Both the position numbers and the translations under genes were made by a program. The notes beneath the pieces are model-generated. The model was not told where the DNA came from. It saw only the letters and a list, made by a program, of their open reading frames with translations, and made no database searches. This document shows positions 1 through 13,955 of a DNA stretch of 64,000 nt, piece by piece. Where the stretch lies: the NCBI GenBank assembly GCA_951406725.2, contig OX597817.1, positions 3,844,001 to 3,908,000 on the forward strand, in the 5' to 3' direction. Source of the stretch: Octopus vulgaris. Its lineage: Eukaryota. Each line of letters begins with the position of its first letter. Positions within the stretch are counted from its first letter, which is position 1.

Positions 1-327
1 GCAAAAGGGGCTGATCTCTACCAAACTCAGATACCAGGAAACCCCAAAATGGCAGAAATTCAAAAGATAGTGCTCATGGGAACTGCTCATATCCTACGCA
101 AAATATTCTCTATGTAATCCCAAGGTTTAAAACAAACTTTCTTTTTTTATTTTTATTTATTTTTTTAATTTATTTTTTTATGTATTAGACATCCACTAGT
201 ACAACACCAAAAAAAAAAAGAAAAAAAACCCCAAATATATGGCACAAAACTTCCAACCTGTTGTCTCTTGAGGTCTCTGGGTGAGACTTGGAGCCAACTT
301 GTACAATTATGAAGCAAAAGTCATACA

Positions 328-328
<1 letters not shown>
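1..328 (+). mobile_element. 3' end of an R4/Dong-like (RLE-type) non-LTR retrotransposon, followed by (TAA)n
   Basis: Bases 50-117 translate as MAEIQKIVLMGTAHILRKIFSM*, matching the LQKxxLLGTAxILRKxL C-terminus of R4/Dong ORFs. A 3' UTR follows and runs directly into (TAA)n. Confidence 0.65.
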
Positions 329-387
<59 letters not shown>

Positions 388-625
388 TAATAATAATGAT
401 AATAATAATAATAATAATATTAATAACAACAACAACAGGGTTATTAGGGACAGCTAGGATACTTAGGGGGGTTCTTGGCTTCTAAGCTTACTTGTTGTAG
501 CCCGACGTTAATAGTTTCTTTACCAACTGTCTAATCTGCTGTTTGTTTATAATAATTTTAATAATAATGATGATAATAATAATAATGATAATAATAATGA
601 TGATGATGATGATAATAATAATAAC

Positions 626-684
<59 letters not shown>

Positions 685-722
685 TAATAATAATAATAAA
701 TATAATGATAATAATAATAATA
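329..722. repeat. (TAA)n/(TGA)n microsatellite interrupted by a retroelement tail
   Basis: Seen directly. Confidence 0.95.
438..548 (+). mobile_element. Very short 5'-truncated R4/Dong-like 3' end (second subfamily)
   Basis: Encodes GLLGTARILRGVLGF* followed by a short UTR; trinucleotide repeats lie on both sides. Confidence 0.6.
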
Positions 723-900
723 AAGGGATGTCAGAAACAGCTAAACAAGTTCCCAGGAGAACATGTCTCAGAGAAATCCGGCAGATTGTGCTGACAAGTA
801 CCGCCCATATCCTTAGAAAAACTCTATCCATTTAAATGTCTTGTGTTGTTTTACATGAATATGTTTTGCTGCTACCCTTGCAACTTCTCCCCAAACTTTA
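723..900 (+). mobile_element. 5'-truncated R4/Dong-like 3' end (third subfamily)
   Basis: Encodes KGCQKQLNKFPG, then after a frameshift LREIRQIVLTSTAHILRKTLSI*. It begins immediately after (TAA)n; the 3' boundary is approximate. Confidence 0.55.
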
Positions 901-929
901 AATCATATTGTGATCACTCTCAAAAATTA

Positions 930-1118
930 AGTAAAAAGACCGGGAAAATAATCCAAAATACTTGTCCGGTACCGGATCGATCCCACAATCTAATCCGTTT
1001 ATCCCAGTCACGAGTTCATCCTAATCCATCCAGCGGTTCTTGAGTTATCTTGTCCACAAACAAACAAACAAACGCGACTGAAGACAGTGCCTCCACCTTC
1101 GCTAAGGCGGAAGTAATA
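930..1118 (+). mobile_element. Possible Helentron-associated (HINE/DINE-like) non-autonomous fragment
   Basis: (ACAA)n followed by a short palindromic end (CCTCCACCTTCGCTAAGGCGGAAGTAAT). Resemblance is from memory only. Confidence 0.35.
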
Positions 1119-1120
1119 AT

Positions 1121-1515
1121 ACTGATCTTAACTGATTCGAAGTATTATCATATTCATTGTTTTGTCGTGGTGTAAATGTTGGGCTACAGCGAATATTCTG
1201 CTCAGCACCACATATTTGCTTGTCAGTTGTTTGACCATGACCGGTTGAGCATGTCCCTCGGTGGCTGACGTTATGTGAATTTTTGATCAAGAGCAGAAGT
1301 AGTGGGAGAACATCATAGCTCTGTGTTGAGATGAATTCTTTGAGGTTTGAATAATTCACCTTTAGAAACGTGGGTGTTTCGTTCAACATCCTTAAACAAT
1401 CCTTATTCAGGGACCTTCTGAGCGGGATGGGCTACTCGAACTGAAGCAAATTCTAAGTGGGTCCCACCTTCATGCGCTGTTTATGTTGATATAAGATCAC
1501 CATGTCGCGCACACA
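1121..1515 (+). repeat. Partial, diverged copy of the 557-bp (TAA)n-embedded repeat at 18835-19391
   Basis: Colinear with the reverse complement of about 18951-19351, e.g. GATCTTAACTGATT, TTTGCTTGTCAGTTGTTTGACC, CCTTATTCAGGGACC, GAGCGGGATGGGCTACTC. Confidence 0.85.
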
Positions 1516-1751
1516 TTCTCGTACGAACCATCGATATGGTCGCATTTATCTCTGAATATATACACTATGAAGGATCTAATCATACCTGGATTTACATAAG
1601 ATTATACCTAAAGACTTATGGATTAGCATCTTCACTATCGGAAAGTTGAACTGTGAACCTCTATATTTCTTTTTCGTCGTTTCTTCATTTCTTCAGTCAG
1701 TCCTTTATTTCATCGTTTCCTTTATCTATACCCTTTACATTTTTACTATTT

Positions 1752-1805
1752 GTCTCCAATGATGGGATAGCCCATAATTTGGTATATTCCAGAAACGTAT
1801 ATGAC
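1752..1805 (+). ncRNA. Degenerate hammerhead ribozyme in the 5' pLTR
   Basis: GTCT-CCAATGA-TGGGATA..TATTCCA-GAAA-CGTATATGAC; homologous to the copy at 5057-5112. Confidence 0.5.
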
Positions 1806-4800
1806 TTGAGATATTTGTCTTGCCTTAGCGTGTTTGCTGTCACAAATATATAGCCGCTTTATCGGAAATCTACAATGGTTCCATAACTCCTGTCTCGCCT
1901 ATGAGCTTGGACCCCTGGTAATCCATTACAGCACTTACGCAGCGTACCTAGTCATTTAGATCACCTGTGAACTAAACCCCCATATTTTGTATAAATTGCC
2001 ACGTAGAGGTATTGCTCATGATGCACAAACAATTCCTGGGCGTTTCACTCAAGGATATACACCTTCCATCTCAAAAAGCTTTTCTCCTACTATTACTTGG
2101 CAAAACAAATGATCTTATCCGAAGAATGAGATGGAAGGCCTTCTTTCGTGATAATAGACACAAATAGGATTAAAGAAACAATAATAAATATAACCTTAGG
2201 TCCTACAAAGATCTTCCTCACGACCTCCACTTAGATAAATTAGAAACCGATTTCGTTAAAATGATTAAGAACTTAAAATTTCCTAAAAACAAAACTTCAT
2301 TCCAAAGACAGCTTTTCAAAGCCATCAATAGGATTACCTCATCACTCAAAATGCACGTCTCCTCTGACAAAACTGGAAACATATACTCTCTTACCTTTGA
2401 GGAATACATTGGATTTACTAAGGAGCTACACAAATCCTATACAGACAACCCCGGATACCATCAACACCAATGAATGCAAACTTGTAAAGATGCTCGAAGC
2501 TGATGACCGCACAGAGCCCTACAACCCAAGAGCCCCACACTTTAACCTTAAGGATCACAATCCAAACTTAACCAAACCTTCTATAAGACTCATCTACCCC
2601 ATCAAATCTGATTTAGGACGAATCAGTAAAAGTTTGTTAGATAATATTTTACCTACTATTAATTAGAACGAAACTATATGTAAACATGGTTCGCCTTGCT
2701 TCAAAATAAGAACAGCTCCTCATTCCTACAATTCGACAACAAAAACTACTACGCCTTCATATCACCAATCCGCTTTAAATACCCCCTGACTCTTGCTAAA
2801 AACCTTATCAACCTAACCTTCTTAGAAATAGATGTAATTCTATCTGCCAGGCAAACTCTCATACCTTTCGACAATAAGATTTGGTTCCGTGCTAACCTTA
2901 ATACTAATAGAAAATACTTCTTCGATACAACCATGAACTCATCCGGCTCAGTTCAGGTCACAAATCTAGTCGGACTGTACCTCCTTCAACAGTTCCTCCC
3001 ATACATTTCCCCAGCATCAAAGGAGGTTTATATAGAGATGATGCATTGTTAATTGCAACAGGCATAACGAAATCTGCATTAGAAAAAAACTAGAAAACTC
3101 TTGTATAAATTCTTCGCCAGCTTTAACCGATCTATCTCTTTTGAAAACTCTTACAAAACATCAAACTTCCTAGATGCTACCTTGGATTTAAACTCTTCAC
3201 TTTACTTCCCATATCATAAACCCAATCAATACTTTAAGTACATCAACACAGAATCTAGTTACCATAAATCTACATTCTAGAGTATAATCAAAGGCATATT
3301 CATCAAGATATCCGATCTATCCGCCACTGAGGTAATCTTCAATAACTACGCCATCTATTACAAGCACTCTCTAGCTTCTAGTGTTTTCTCCCAGAAAATA
3401 TGATTTATAACCAATACAAAACTCAAAGAATACCTCTCTAATCTTAACCCTAGACGAGCATGCCCACATATTGGATACCCAAATCCTCCAACTATAGTTA
3501 GATAATCTCGCCCGCCTAGCATCCACACGCATAATACTCGATCTAAGAATAAAAACATCAAACCCTGCAACTCTCCTCTAACATATATCAGGAATTACAC
3601 TTCCCCAAATTTACTGAATAAAAGTGGTGGAAGATCAATTCTCTGGTACACACCTCCATTTGCCTTAAACGCTAAGGCCCTTGCTAAAGCATTATTTAAA
3701 ATAGTAGACTTTTATTTCCCACGCAACCACAAATAACAATTTATCTTAGATCCACTTTAAAATTATACTGTTCCTCTACACCAAATATAGAATCTATTAT
3801 CACCTCATCTAACAAACGTAAACTTAGCATCGTCCACAATATATTAAATAACTTCAACAGCTACGATATTAGTTTAACAACCAATTTTAAACAAATATGT
3901 TCTGCACATTTAAACTCATTTAAATATAAAGAACATAACAATTCCACATCACTAGCCAGTTACGTACATCATATAATTATTAGAAAAATACAATATAGGT
4001 TATCCTGGACTATAATAGATTCTAGCATCACCTATCAGGGCCAGCGATCCACTTGTGGATTCTGCCTAAAAGAAGCCCTCACATTTTAACCCATAACTCA
4101 TCACGATTACTCAACAAATACAACGAAACTTTTACAACGTTTGAACACACATTCTTCCGCAGTTTTAAATTATTCCATAAATCCAAGTGTAAACTTACCG
4201 CCCACATATAACACTTACATACATACCTCCATGGTCGTTATTACATATCCTTCTATATTTTTTCTACCAATCTTAGTACCTTAGAAGACAACTGTTAATT
4301 CTTTAATTTATTTTTAAACCTTAACCTCAGAGATCCCCTAATCCTTAGTTGCAGCCTTTATTCCTTAATAATTTAACCTTTAACTTGTTTCCCTATTCAC
4401 GCCAACTAACATACTCACCCTTTAGACATTCATACCCCCATATCTAGAAATGTTTCTATAGACACTGGACTTAGTCACAAAATGGACACAAACACTTACT
4501 ACTTGACTTCCTGCCCCAACCCTAAAAACTGGCATCTCTTTATATCCTCTTCTCTTTGAATCCCATTCATTTTATTTGACTCTATTTTGTATTTTTTACA
4601 CTATCTTCCTTTACCTTCTCTCTCCCTTCTTATTCACACTTCTTTATTTATCTTCTTGTCTATTTTTGTACATTATATTTTAATATTCCTTATTTTATTT
4701 TTCCTGCCAAACCTTGCCAATGCTCTGTTAATTGCACTCTTCCTCCTCTCTCTGTACCTCCTGCCTCCCCACCAATACCCCTCTCTCTCTCTTTCTATTT

Positions 4801-5056
4801 ATTTCTCTTTCTCTTTATCCCCCAATAGCCACTTCTATCATTCTCTTACGAACCATCGCGTTTCTCTCTGGATATTTACACTATAAAGGATCTAATCATA
4901 CCTGGATTTACATAGAATTATACCTAAACACTTATGGATTAGCATCTACACTATCGGAAAGTTGAACCTCTATATTTCTTTTTCTTCGTTTCTTTATTTT
5001 TCAGTCCTTTTATTTCATTGTTTCCTTAATCTATACCCTTCACATTTTCTCTATTT

Positions 5057-5112
5057 GTCTCCGATGACAGGATATCCCATATTTTGAGGTATCCCAGAAA
5101 CAGATGTAAGAC
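5057..5112 (+). ncRNA. Type I hammerhead ribozyme in the 3' pLTR
   Basis: Stem I GTCT/AGAC; core CCGATGA; stem II GGATA/TATCC; GAAA; stem III AC-AGAT-GT; cleavage triplet GUA. Confidence 0.65.
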
Positions 5113-5136
5113 TTTAATTTTTTAAATAATCTTTCC

Positions 5137-5640
5137 CTCGCTAGGCACAAGACCCGAAATTTTAGGGGAGGTGGGGCAGTCAATTAGATCGATTCCAGTG
5201 CGTAACTGGTACTTAATTTATCAACCCCGAAAGGATGAAAGGCAAAGTCGACCTCGATGGGATTTGAACTCAGGACGTAAAGACAGACGAAATACTTATT
5301 TCTTTACTACCCACAAGTAGCTAAACACAGAGAGAACAAACAAGGACAGACAAACGGATTAAGTCGATTATATCGACCCAGTGCGTAACTGGTACTTATT
5401 TGATCGACCCCGAAAGGATGAAAGGCATTTAATCGGCTTAATCCGTTTGTCTGTCCTTGTTTGTCTCCTCTGTATTTAGCCCCTTGTGGGTAGTAAAGAA
5501 ATGGGTATTTCGTCTGAGTTTACGCCCGGAGTTCAAATTTCGCCGCGGTCGACTTTGCCTTTCGTCGTTTCAGAGTTGATAAATTAAGTACCAGTTGCGT
5601 ACTGGGATCGATCTGATTGATTGGGTCCCTCCCTCAAAAG
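5137..5640. mobile_element. Inverted pair of tRNA-derived SINE fragments (Meta-domain-like core)
   Basis: Minus copies at about 5137-5428 and a plus copy at about 5437-5640 share the core GTCGACTTTGCCTTTC..GATAAATTAAGTACCAGTT and a GAGTTCAAAT B-box. Confidence 0.75.
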
Positions 5641-6679
5641 AAGCTCGTTTCATCGACAGACATCCTTTCGCTTTTACATAGAAGGCACACATACTGTTAT
5701 CAAAGGCATTGTCTTCAACGCTTAATCTATATGAATTTGTCGCAATGTGTAGCTTTTTAAGGTGCAAATTTCATGGTTTTTCTTTCCTTCTCACCTATTA
5801 TAGTAACAGATTTATAAGGTTAAGATTTTCAGTAACCGATGGGTAATATTTCTGTATGTCATACTGTAAACACTTACATTCGTTCGTTTCGAGTATGAAT
5901 TTGAACACACCTAATATCAAGCGCACATCTGATACTCAATATTGTGTTTTGTTAATTTTTGGAATCATTCTGTTTTATAATTTATTGCCCCATGATTAGA
6001 TCGAATGTCTGATGTCACACAATTTAGAGCTACAGTTCCTCAGCGAGTTTATATTGATTTTACTTAAGTTTATACTTTTATTTACTTGGAATAATTCTTT
6101 ATAAAAGGCTGTAGAATATATTAGTGGGGGGGGGGGGTTAATGAACTTACATCCACTCTAGACTGATGTTTCGTTTGCCAAAATTTTGCTCATCACCACA
6201 TTCTTCAAACTAAAATTTTCTATCTTTCGTTATTTGTAGATAAATCCTAATTAAAATAATTGACATAGTTTTTTGTAAAAATATCGATTCATTGCTTCTA
6301 CATAATTTCATATACTTCTGGTTGGCAGAGTTTAATTTTGTGTTTGCTTATTCTTAGAATAACTGAAGCCAAAACATCTCAAAAGGAATACATGTAGCCT
6401 AGCAGTATTGGTAAATTATTAAAAAAAACTGTGTGCTGCATATATATGTACTTATTTTCTTCATGTAATTGATGTCGTCAAGTATTAAAATAACATTGTC
6501 AATTATTCTTGTATATTAACTCGTCAAATTCATCTCGTAATAAAATTTCTGAAGTAGCCATCATGTCATCAATTAAGGAAATGCTTCTTTGTGAAGTAAG
6601 ATAGATTATTTAGTATTATTGAGAGAGACACGTATAGTATTTCATCCATCACACGGTGTTCTCGTGATACAACTAAAGA

Positions 6680-7330
6680 GAGAGAGGAAGAGAGAGGAAG
6701 AGTGTATACGAAGGAGCCACGGCTAAATTCAAAACCATGGAATAAGAAAGAAGTTAGAAGATAGATAAGGGCAACTCATGGTATGACAACCCAAAATACC
6801 AGAGTGTCATTTTCGTCGAAGCTACGCATGGAGGCGAATTAGAATATTATTTTAGAAAAGTCGTAAGTAAAACGAAGTTACGGATTCACGTATTGGAAAG
6901 GCCAGGTACTCCCATAAAATCCCTGATCTGTAGAATATACCCATTTGAGAAAACATCCTGTACTGCCCACAGATAAACAGCAAAATCAGGAACGTAGTCT
7001 ATAGTATTAGGTGAACTGAGGGACGGTGCGAAACAGGACAACGACGAATATTGCAGTGACAGTCCGTAGCATAGGTGAGAGACTAAGTGAACGCTGGTGG
7101 GAACTCAAAGCGGATAAAAGGTCCACAATGTTATTCTAGCTTGCTAAACTAGACCATGGGGTTTCGATAGAGCATAGATATTAGGATCTTATCGAGACAT
7201 AGGACAGAAAGCACAATCAGACAGATGCAGAGACACGAAGAGCATAATGTCACTGAGGAGCTTACAAAATGTATGACGAAAGAACTCTAATAATACAACT
7301 AAAGTGAAGATCAAATAAATAGTGCGTGCG
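6680..7330 (+). pseudogene. Decayed PLE C-terminal/GIY-YIG region
   Basis: SWYDNPKYQSVIFVEATHGGEL..VLERPGTPIKSL..PFEK..NVVY..RSIGERL resembles the PLE linker and endonuclease; many stops are present. Confidence 0.5.
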
Positions 7331-7449
7331 TTTATTGGTAAAAAAAAGTAAGTGTCGATCCCTAAATATAACAATAGGGCGCTATTTGTAAATGTTGAAT
7401 TATAAACTTTATCTCCTTTATTCCTATTAGAAATGCGTTATAGTTTGAA

Positions 7450-9000
7450 ATCTATAAATTTGAAATTTTTAAATAAAGAAGTACTTAGGATGTATGATAT
7501 ATTAAAAACAGTATAGCACGAAAGATAGATCGAAATAAAATGGACTGCAGCCCGCAGGAAATTCATAAACGTAAGTTCAAATATAAACATTTCTTCCAAA
7601 TAATTAAACCCAGCAAATTGAACACCAGTAAAATTATTAGAAATGTAGAATAATTTCGCAACCGAAACGCGAATTATCGCTACCGCAACGGAATAGCCAA
7701 CACATAATAATAGAATGATTTAAATTCATATCCTATAAAAGGTACTGGGTGTTTTTTATAATTCAATATACAAGAATATTGTCTGTCATTGACTCAAACT
7801 TTGCTAAATGTCATAGAAATCGGAATAATGACATTTGCACGTCAAGCGATTATTGTAGCTTCCCAACTCCATGTGGATTAAAGCTCACCAATGTCTTTTA
7901 ACATCTCTATAGGTTCACCCCATTCTTCCAAGATCAATGATTTAATAGGATTATACATACTAATCGATTTAAAGAAATTCTCATTGATGGGACAGTGGTC
8001 TTCTAATAAACAACCAGCGATAACTCCCAACAGATGGAGAGAAGACTTCCATTTTTTAAAAAGAAATGTAAAATCACAATAATTATTGTCAATAATATTG
8101 CATTTGGTGAGTTATTAGATGAAATCGAGCGAAACACACACTTATATTCTTAGATTATAAAACTAACTGAGAAATAGTCCATTCCACTTCTCTAATACTT
8201 TCTAATCTCTGAGCTATTGCAATGAATAATTTCTAATAAAATGTCCATTAAATAAAGAAAAAAAAATATTATTATATATATTAAAAAAACATCGAATCCA
8301 CAAACAACACTATGAGAAAGCAATAATTGCTATAAACGCCCTAAAAATTCACGTCAAAAGGCCAACAGCAAATAATTTATTTAAATTAATCAGAAAATAT
8401 TTCTTGCATCTCCATAAATACCAATGAATGCAAATTCCAATCATATTTTTATTATATTTAGCTAAACTATATGTTACTAATATTATCGTTTTTTTCTAAT
8501 TTTCTTAAGCATAAATTATATAACAATATAACAATCCAACGAATCGCAACTGCATCTGTGTAAATAGTATTATTTGTCTATTATAGGACATAATTTGCCA
8601 ATGCACAGTAAAAGCTAACAAACTACTGAAACATACAAATACACAAATAAAACAAACACGCAGATACACATATCTGTCTTGGACTTACTTCAAGACATTA
8701 ATTCAAATATTACTATAACCAACACATGAATATCTGCCGAAACAAATGTAGAAGACATCCTTCTATTTCCATTGAATAGGGAGCTGATATAAATTCAATG
8801 ATATACTTTTAAGCGGATTATAATATCTAAAGCAAGGATGTATCATAGAAGAAAAAAAATAATACATAACAAGATTCCCTTCGCAAAAACAAAACAATAA
8901 AAACACGAAATCTTATAAACAGATGCACAGAAAGCATCTCTTCTTGTTGATAGAAACGTTACAAGATAATTTAAAACCTATAAAATATTCTGATAGTTAG
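7450..9000 (+). pseudogene. Highly decayed PLE RT relic related to the element at 1515-5113
   Basis: FNISIGSPHSSKINDLIGLYILIDL (from 7891) parallels the FDxTMGS..VxDLVGLYLL motif. Boundaries are approximate. Confidence 0.4.
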
Positions 9001-9869
9001 ATACTTATATTAGCATACTATGCATTTCCTAAATTTTTATTCTCGTCCAAGAAATTTCGTTATAAATCTACACTATTTAGAATAAACAAAAGTTCGCCTT
9101 TGCTACTTTCCACAATTTCGTTCGCAGTTTTTTCATCATATAAATATGATTTAAATATTATTGTGTCACTGAAAGATTTTCAATGGCACATACATCGTAC
9201 ATAATCTGTTCATGAATGGAATAGTGTCCGTAGGTATAGACTTTCGCATAATGCAAGCTATGAGTGAGATTGAATGCGAGTAAAATTATAAAAGCTTTAA
9301 TAACTGTATTCACAGGAGACCAGATGATAAAAAACATACACAAAGAACCCACTCAACAAATTAGGCTTCATTTTGTGTTCAGATTTTGTCATAGAAATTA
9401 GTTCAAATTCATATTTCGTAGGAAACTATATTTTATAATTTTCATATGATTTTTCATTATCCTTGATATTCCCTTTCCGAAAACAGTTTCAGAAATGATC
9501 TGCTCAATCTTCTACCAGTTCAGAACAACATATATCTATATTAACTGACACAGCAATTATTGTTATCACAGCAAAATCTGAGTCTCTAAACCACATAAAG
9601 GCACATCCATTACGAAAGATAAATTCAATAATTTTTAAGTTACTTAGAACTATAACTTTCATGATGAAAAAAATATCACACTTAACAAATAAATATATCC
9701 TCATAAATACATACTTATCTGTTATTTCCCAATACTTTGTTATTACTACACAATTTTGGCAGGTCTGTATACAGGAATGATTGAAGATGCTATCTTCAAG
9801 AGGGACAAGTTTCAGTGTATTTGTGTCATTACACTATTTCAAAAATAACTAATAAATACATGCACACTC

Positions 9870-9885
9870 TCTCTCTCCTTCACTT

Positions 9886-9955
<70 letters not shown>

Positions 9956-10045
9956 TACATATGTACATGCATACATACATACATACATACATACATACAT
10001 ACATACATACATACATACATACATGCATACATGCATACATGCATA
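9870..10045. repeat. Compound (TC)n(TA)n(TACA)n microsatellite
   Basis: Seen directly. Confidence 0.95.
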
Positions 10046-10366
10046 CTTACACGCATTCATAATTGGATATGTTTGTATAAAAGCACACACACAAACATGT
10101 ACACTCGTGACGAACATGTACACGTTCCAGTAATCAAATGTATGTATATAGGTATTTTATTTTAAATGCAGTGTACATCCCACTTCAAAGTTCTAGTGAA
10201 TCAAATCTTACAGAGTAAGCATATATTAGAACGAAAATTGGAATATTTTGTTATTTTAATTCCCTGTCACACGTGTTTCATTACAGGAGAAGAGTTACAA
10301 GGTTACTTAAAAAGAAACAACAGCATGCAACATATACATATGAATATGTGTAAGTAATAGAAGTTG

Positions 10367-10630
10367 AAGGCGCATGGCTTAGTGGTTAGCGGGCCGGGCT
10401 CACAATCACGAGTTGGTGAGTTCGATTCCTGGATCGGGCTTTGTATTGCACCAGTTCACTCAGCTGTAGAAATAAGTTGTGACGTCAATAGTGCCAAACT
10501 GTATCGGCCCTTTCCTTTCTCTTGGACAACATCAATGGTGTGAAGAGTGGAGGCTGGTATGCTTGGGCGACTACTGGTCTTTCAAGAACAAGCTTGCTCG
10601 GACTTGTGCCTCGGAGAGTAAATTTTTAAG
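10367..10630 (+). mobile_element. tRNA-derived CORE-like SINE (internally deleted)
   Basis: A-box TGGCTTAGTGG and B-box GAGTTCGATTCC; colinear with the copy at 29594-29930. Confidence 0.8.
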
Positions 10631-10974
10631 TATTAGAAAACATTTAAATACATAAGCAACATTTTCTATGATTTCAATTCTCGAAAAGAAAGAGGTTTAG
10701 AGATTTTGGACGATCGGAAACATGATTTGTTGATTGTTCATCAGAGAAAGTATGCATCTCATTCCCCAGTATTGATGTACAACACACATAAATATATATA
10801 TATATATAGAGAGAGAGAGAGTGTGAGAGAGAAGGAGAGAGGAAGAGAGAGAGAGAGAGAGAGAGACATTAGTAGTTCAATTATTATCGTGAAGAATAGC
10901 TTAATTATTTTTCCTTTTCATTATGTATGAACGTGAATCCAGAGTACTGAAATTAACTTGAATTCTAGAATATT

Positions 10975-11385
10975 CCTTTCTACAATGGGCACAAAACCAG
11001 AAATCTTCAGGTAGGGGGATAGCTAATTGCACCCTGCCTACTTGACTGGTATTTATTTCATCGATGGCGAGAGTATGAAGGGCTAAGTTGACCTCGACGG
11101 AATTTGAAGTCAAAACAAAAACATACGAAATGCATTTTGTTCGATGTGCTTACGATTATGCCAGGTCCTCATCTTCATAAGTTATATAATAATCTTTTCT
11201 ACCAAAGGCACAGTGCTTGAAATTTGAAAGACATGACTAGTCGATTACATCGACTCCAGGGTTTCACTGGTATTTAATTTATCGACCCAGAAAGGATGAA
11301 AGACAAAGTCGGCCTCAGAGGAATTTGAACTACCACTAAGCATTTCGCACCAGCGTTCTAACAATTCTGCCAACTCGCCGACTTC
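10975..11385 (-). mobile_element. Two tandem decayed Meta-like SINE copies
   Basis: Same core as 5137-5428 (ATCGACCCAGAAAGGATGAAAGACAAAGTCGGCCTC). Confidence 0.7.
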
Positions 11386-11655
11386 ATAAGTTCTATAATA
11401 ATCTTAACACATTCCTTCTAAGTTTTCAATGAGCTAAGAAAAGACGTGTGGGAGTTATCTGACGGACCGTTTCAGAATTTAATAATCACTCCTCAAGAAA
11501 GCTGTATGCGAACGTTTTCTCAAACCGATAACAGAGGGTATTAAATAGCCGATAATTAAACAATAAAGACCACGGATGATTGGCATATCTGTCTATTAGT
11601 CGACTCCTTCTTAAATTATTAATCTGTATCCTTGATTGACTTCCTCTTGAACTAC

Positions 11656-11731
<76 letters not shown>

Positions 11732-12498
11732 GTGTTATATACATTCGTGTATTTGTACGTCCATGTTTGCGTTTGTATACACACGTACGTTTGTATATGA
11801 GTGTGACCCTATACGTATAACTCTGACAATATGTATGGGTATGAGTATGTACACACATATATACACGTGTATGTACGTGCGTGTGAGTGTACTTGGCATG
11901 TGTATGTGCATGCAAACGCAGAGGTCGAGTGAACTGGCGTACGTGTCAGGTGTGATTATGACTGAGCCGTTGGCTCCCAAAAGGTTTTATTGAATCTTTT
12001 TATCTTGCTGGCTACTATGTTCTACTCCCCCACCTAATATGGACACGTACGAGCGTCAGAAGATCTTGTTCTTACTCGGCAACCAACTCCAGCTCTTCAA
12101 ACACCAGTTCCTCCTGCGATTATGTCACTCCAAATACCTACCAACCTCCTCCATCTACCTTCCACATCAGACACGTGCCTCCAACATTTTGCCGTTTCGT
12201 TGTTGCTTATCTGTAGCTTGTATTTTTCGATTTCTGACGAGGTGTTTGCCTATGCTTGACCTATAAGCTGAATCTACTAGTTGCATAATGTAACATCATG
12301 TTACTGAATATTGAAAAATATACGTAACTATTGGAATAATGGAGTACCAAGATATGCCCACGTACTTAAGTAATAACCCACACTTGGATACGGATGAACA
12401 AGCTGTGTGTAAAGGTGAAGGTGAGAGTTTAGCAGGATTAGCATTTGAGTTGAAACTTTTGCGGTTTAACTGTCGCTCGTCCAATACATCTTCTCATA

Positions 12499-12499
<1 letters not shown>

Positions 12500-12587
<88 letters not shown>

Positions 12588-13255
12588 ATATATATACATA
12601 CATATATATACATGTATATATATATATTTATGTATTCATATGTGCGTGTGTATGAGTGAATGTATGTATTTATATATTCACGCATATGTATGTATTTATA
12701 TGTATGCACGTGTGCCCGCTATATTCATATATGTACATGTATAATCATATAGATATACATACATATACACATATGCACATTGCAAATTGACTCCTCCGTA
12801 AATAGTGAAACTGGTTTGTAATTATGTACTTTGAAGTATTTAATTATATATTTTTGTAATTATGTAATTAGAGGGGTTTTATAATGTATTTTGAAATAAT
12901 TTGGACGCAAGATGTAATGTGGAATATTTAGTCTTCATAGCTTTTGATTAGAGTAATGCATTTTGTATATGATATGATATTTGGGAATATGTAATATTGT
13001 ACTTTGAAATAATTCAATTGCTATAATCTCCTTTTCAATGCATATTATTGTATTTTGAAATGTTTGACTGTAATAATATCCGATGGAATTGATTAACTGC
13101 AATGTAAAAGAAATAACGCATTTTCTTTTTATTAGCATTTTTCGCTTTCTTCCTTCCTTCCTTCCTTTCTTTCTTTCTCTCTTTCTTTCTTCCCTTCTTG
13201 ATATATATATATATATACATATCTTTCTCTCTCTCTCTATCACTCGCTCTCTTTC

Positions 13256-13301
<46 letters not shown>

Positions 13302-13321
13302 AATACATATATATGTTTATA

Positions 13322-13357
<36 letters not shown>

Positions 13358-13479
13358 TATGCATATGCATATATATGCGTTTATATTAATGTGTGCCTAT
13401 GTATAAGTGCATGTGAGTATTTATCTATCTATCTGTCTATCTATCTATCGATCGACCGATCTATCTGTCTGTCTGTCCG

Positions 13480-13537
<58 letters not shown>

Positions 13538-13571
13538 AATCTATCTATCTATCTGTCTGTCTGTCTCTGTC

Positions 13572-13634
<63 letters not shown>

Positions 13635-13872
13635 GGGAAAATCAAGACCATAATAGAATATAAGACTTTTCCTATAATACAATATATACCTGCTGTAAGG
13701 GAATCCTAGCACGGATCCCTAAATCCAGTCTTATCAGTGATCTTGGAACCTAAATGTGAACCTACTATAGCACTTAGCCAGTACAGGTATTCGCTTAGAT
13801 CAAAAGTGAACTAAACTCTTCATATTCTATATCTATATCTATATATATATATATATAAATCATTATCCATCC

Positions 13873-13955
<83 letters not shown>

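Larger units (their letters stand above)
1515..5113 (+). mobile_element. Decayed Penelope-like retroelement with direct terminal repeats (pLTRs)
   Basis: Fragmented RT motifs RRMRWKAFF, SDKTGNIY, LKDHNPN..IRLIYPIKSDLGRISK, FLQFD, FDTTM..VGLYLL, GLYRDDAL, NFLDATLDL and C-terminal CGFCLKE..LLNK. Direct repeats of about 280 bp lie at 1515-1806 and 4840-5113. Confidence 0.85.

Noticed and set aside
13700-13745. Minus-strand CTGATAA followed by a hairpin
   Set aside because: The core deviates and no GAAA/NUH follows.
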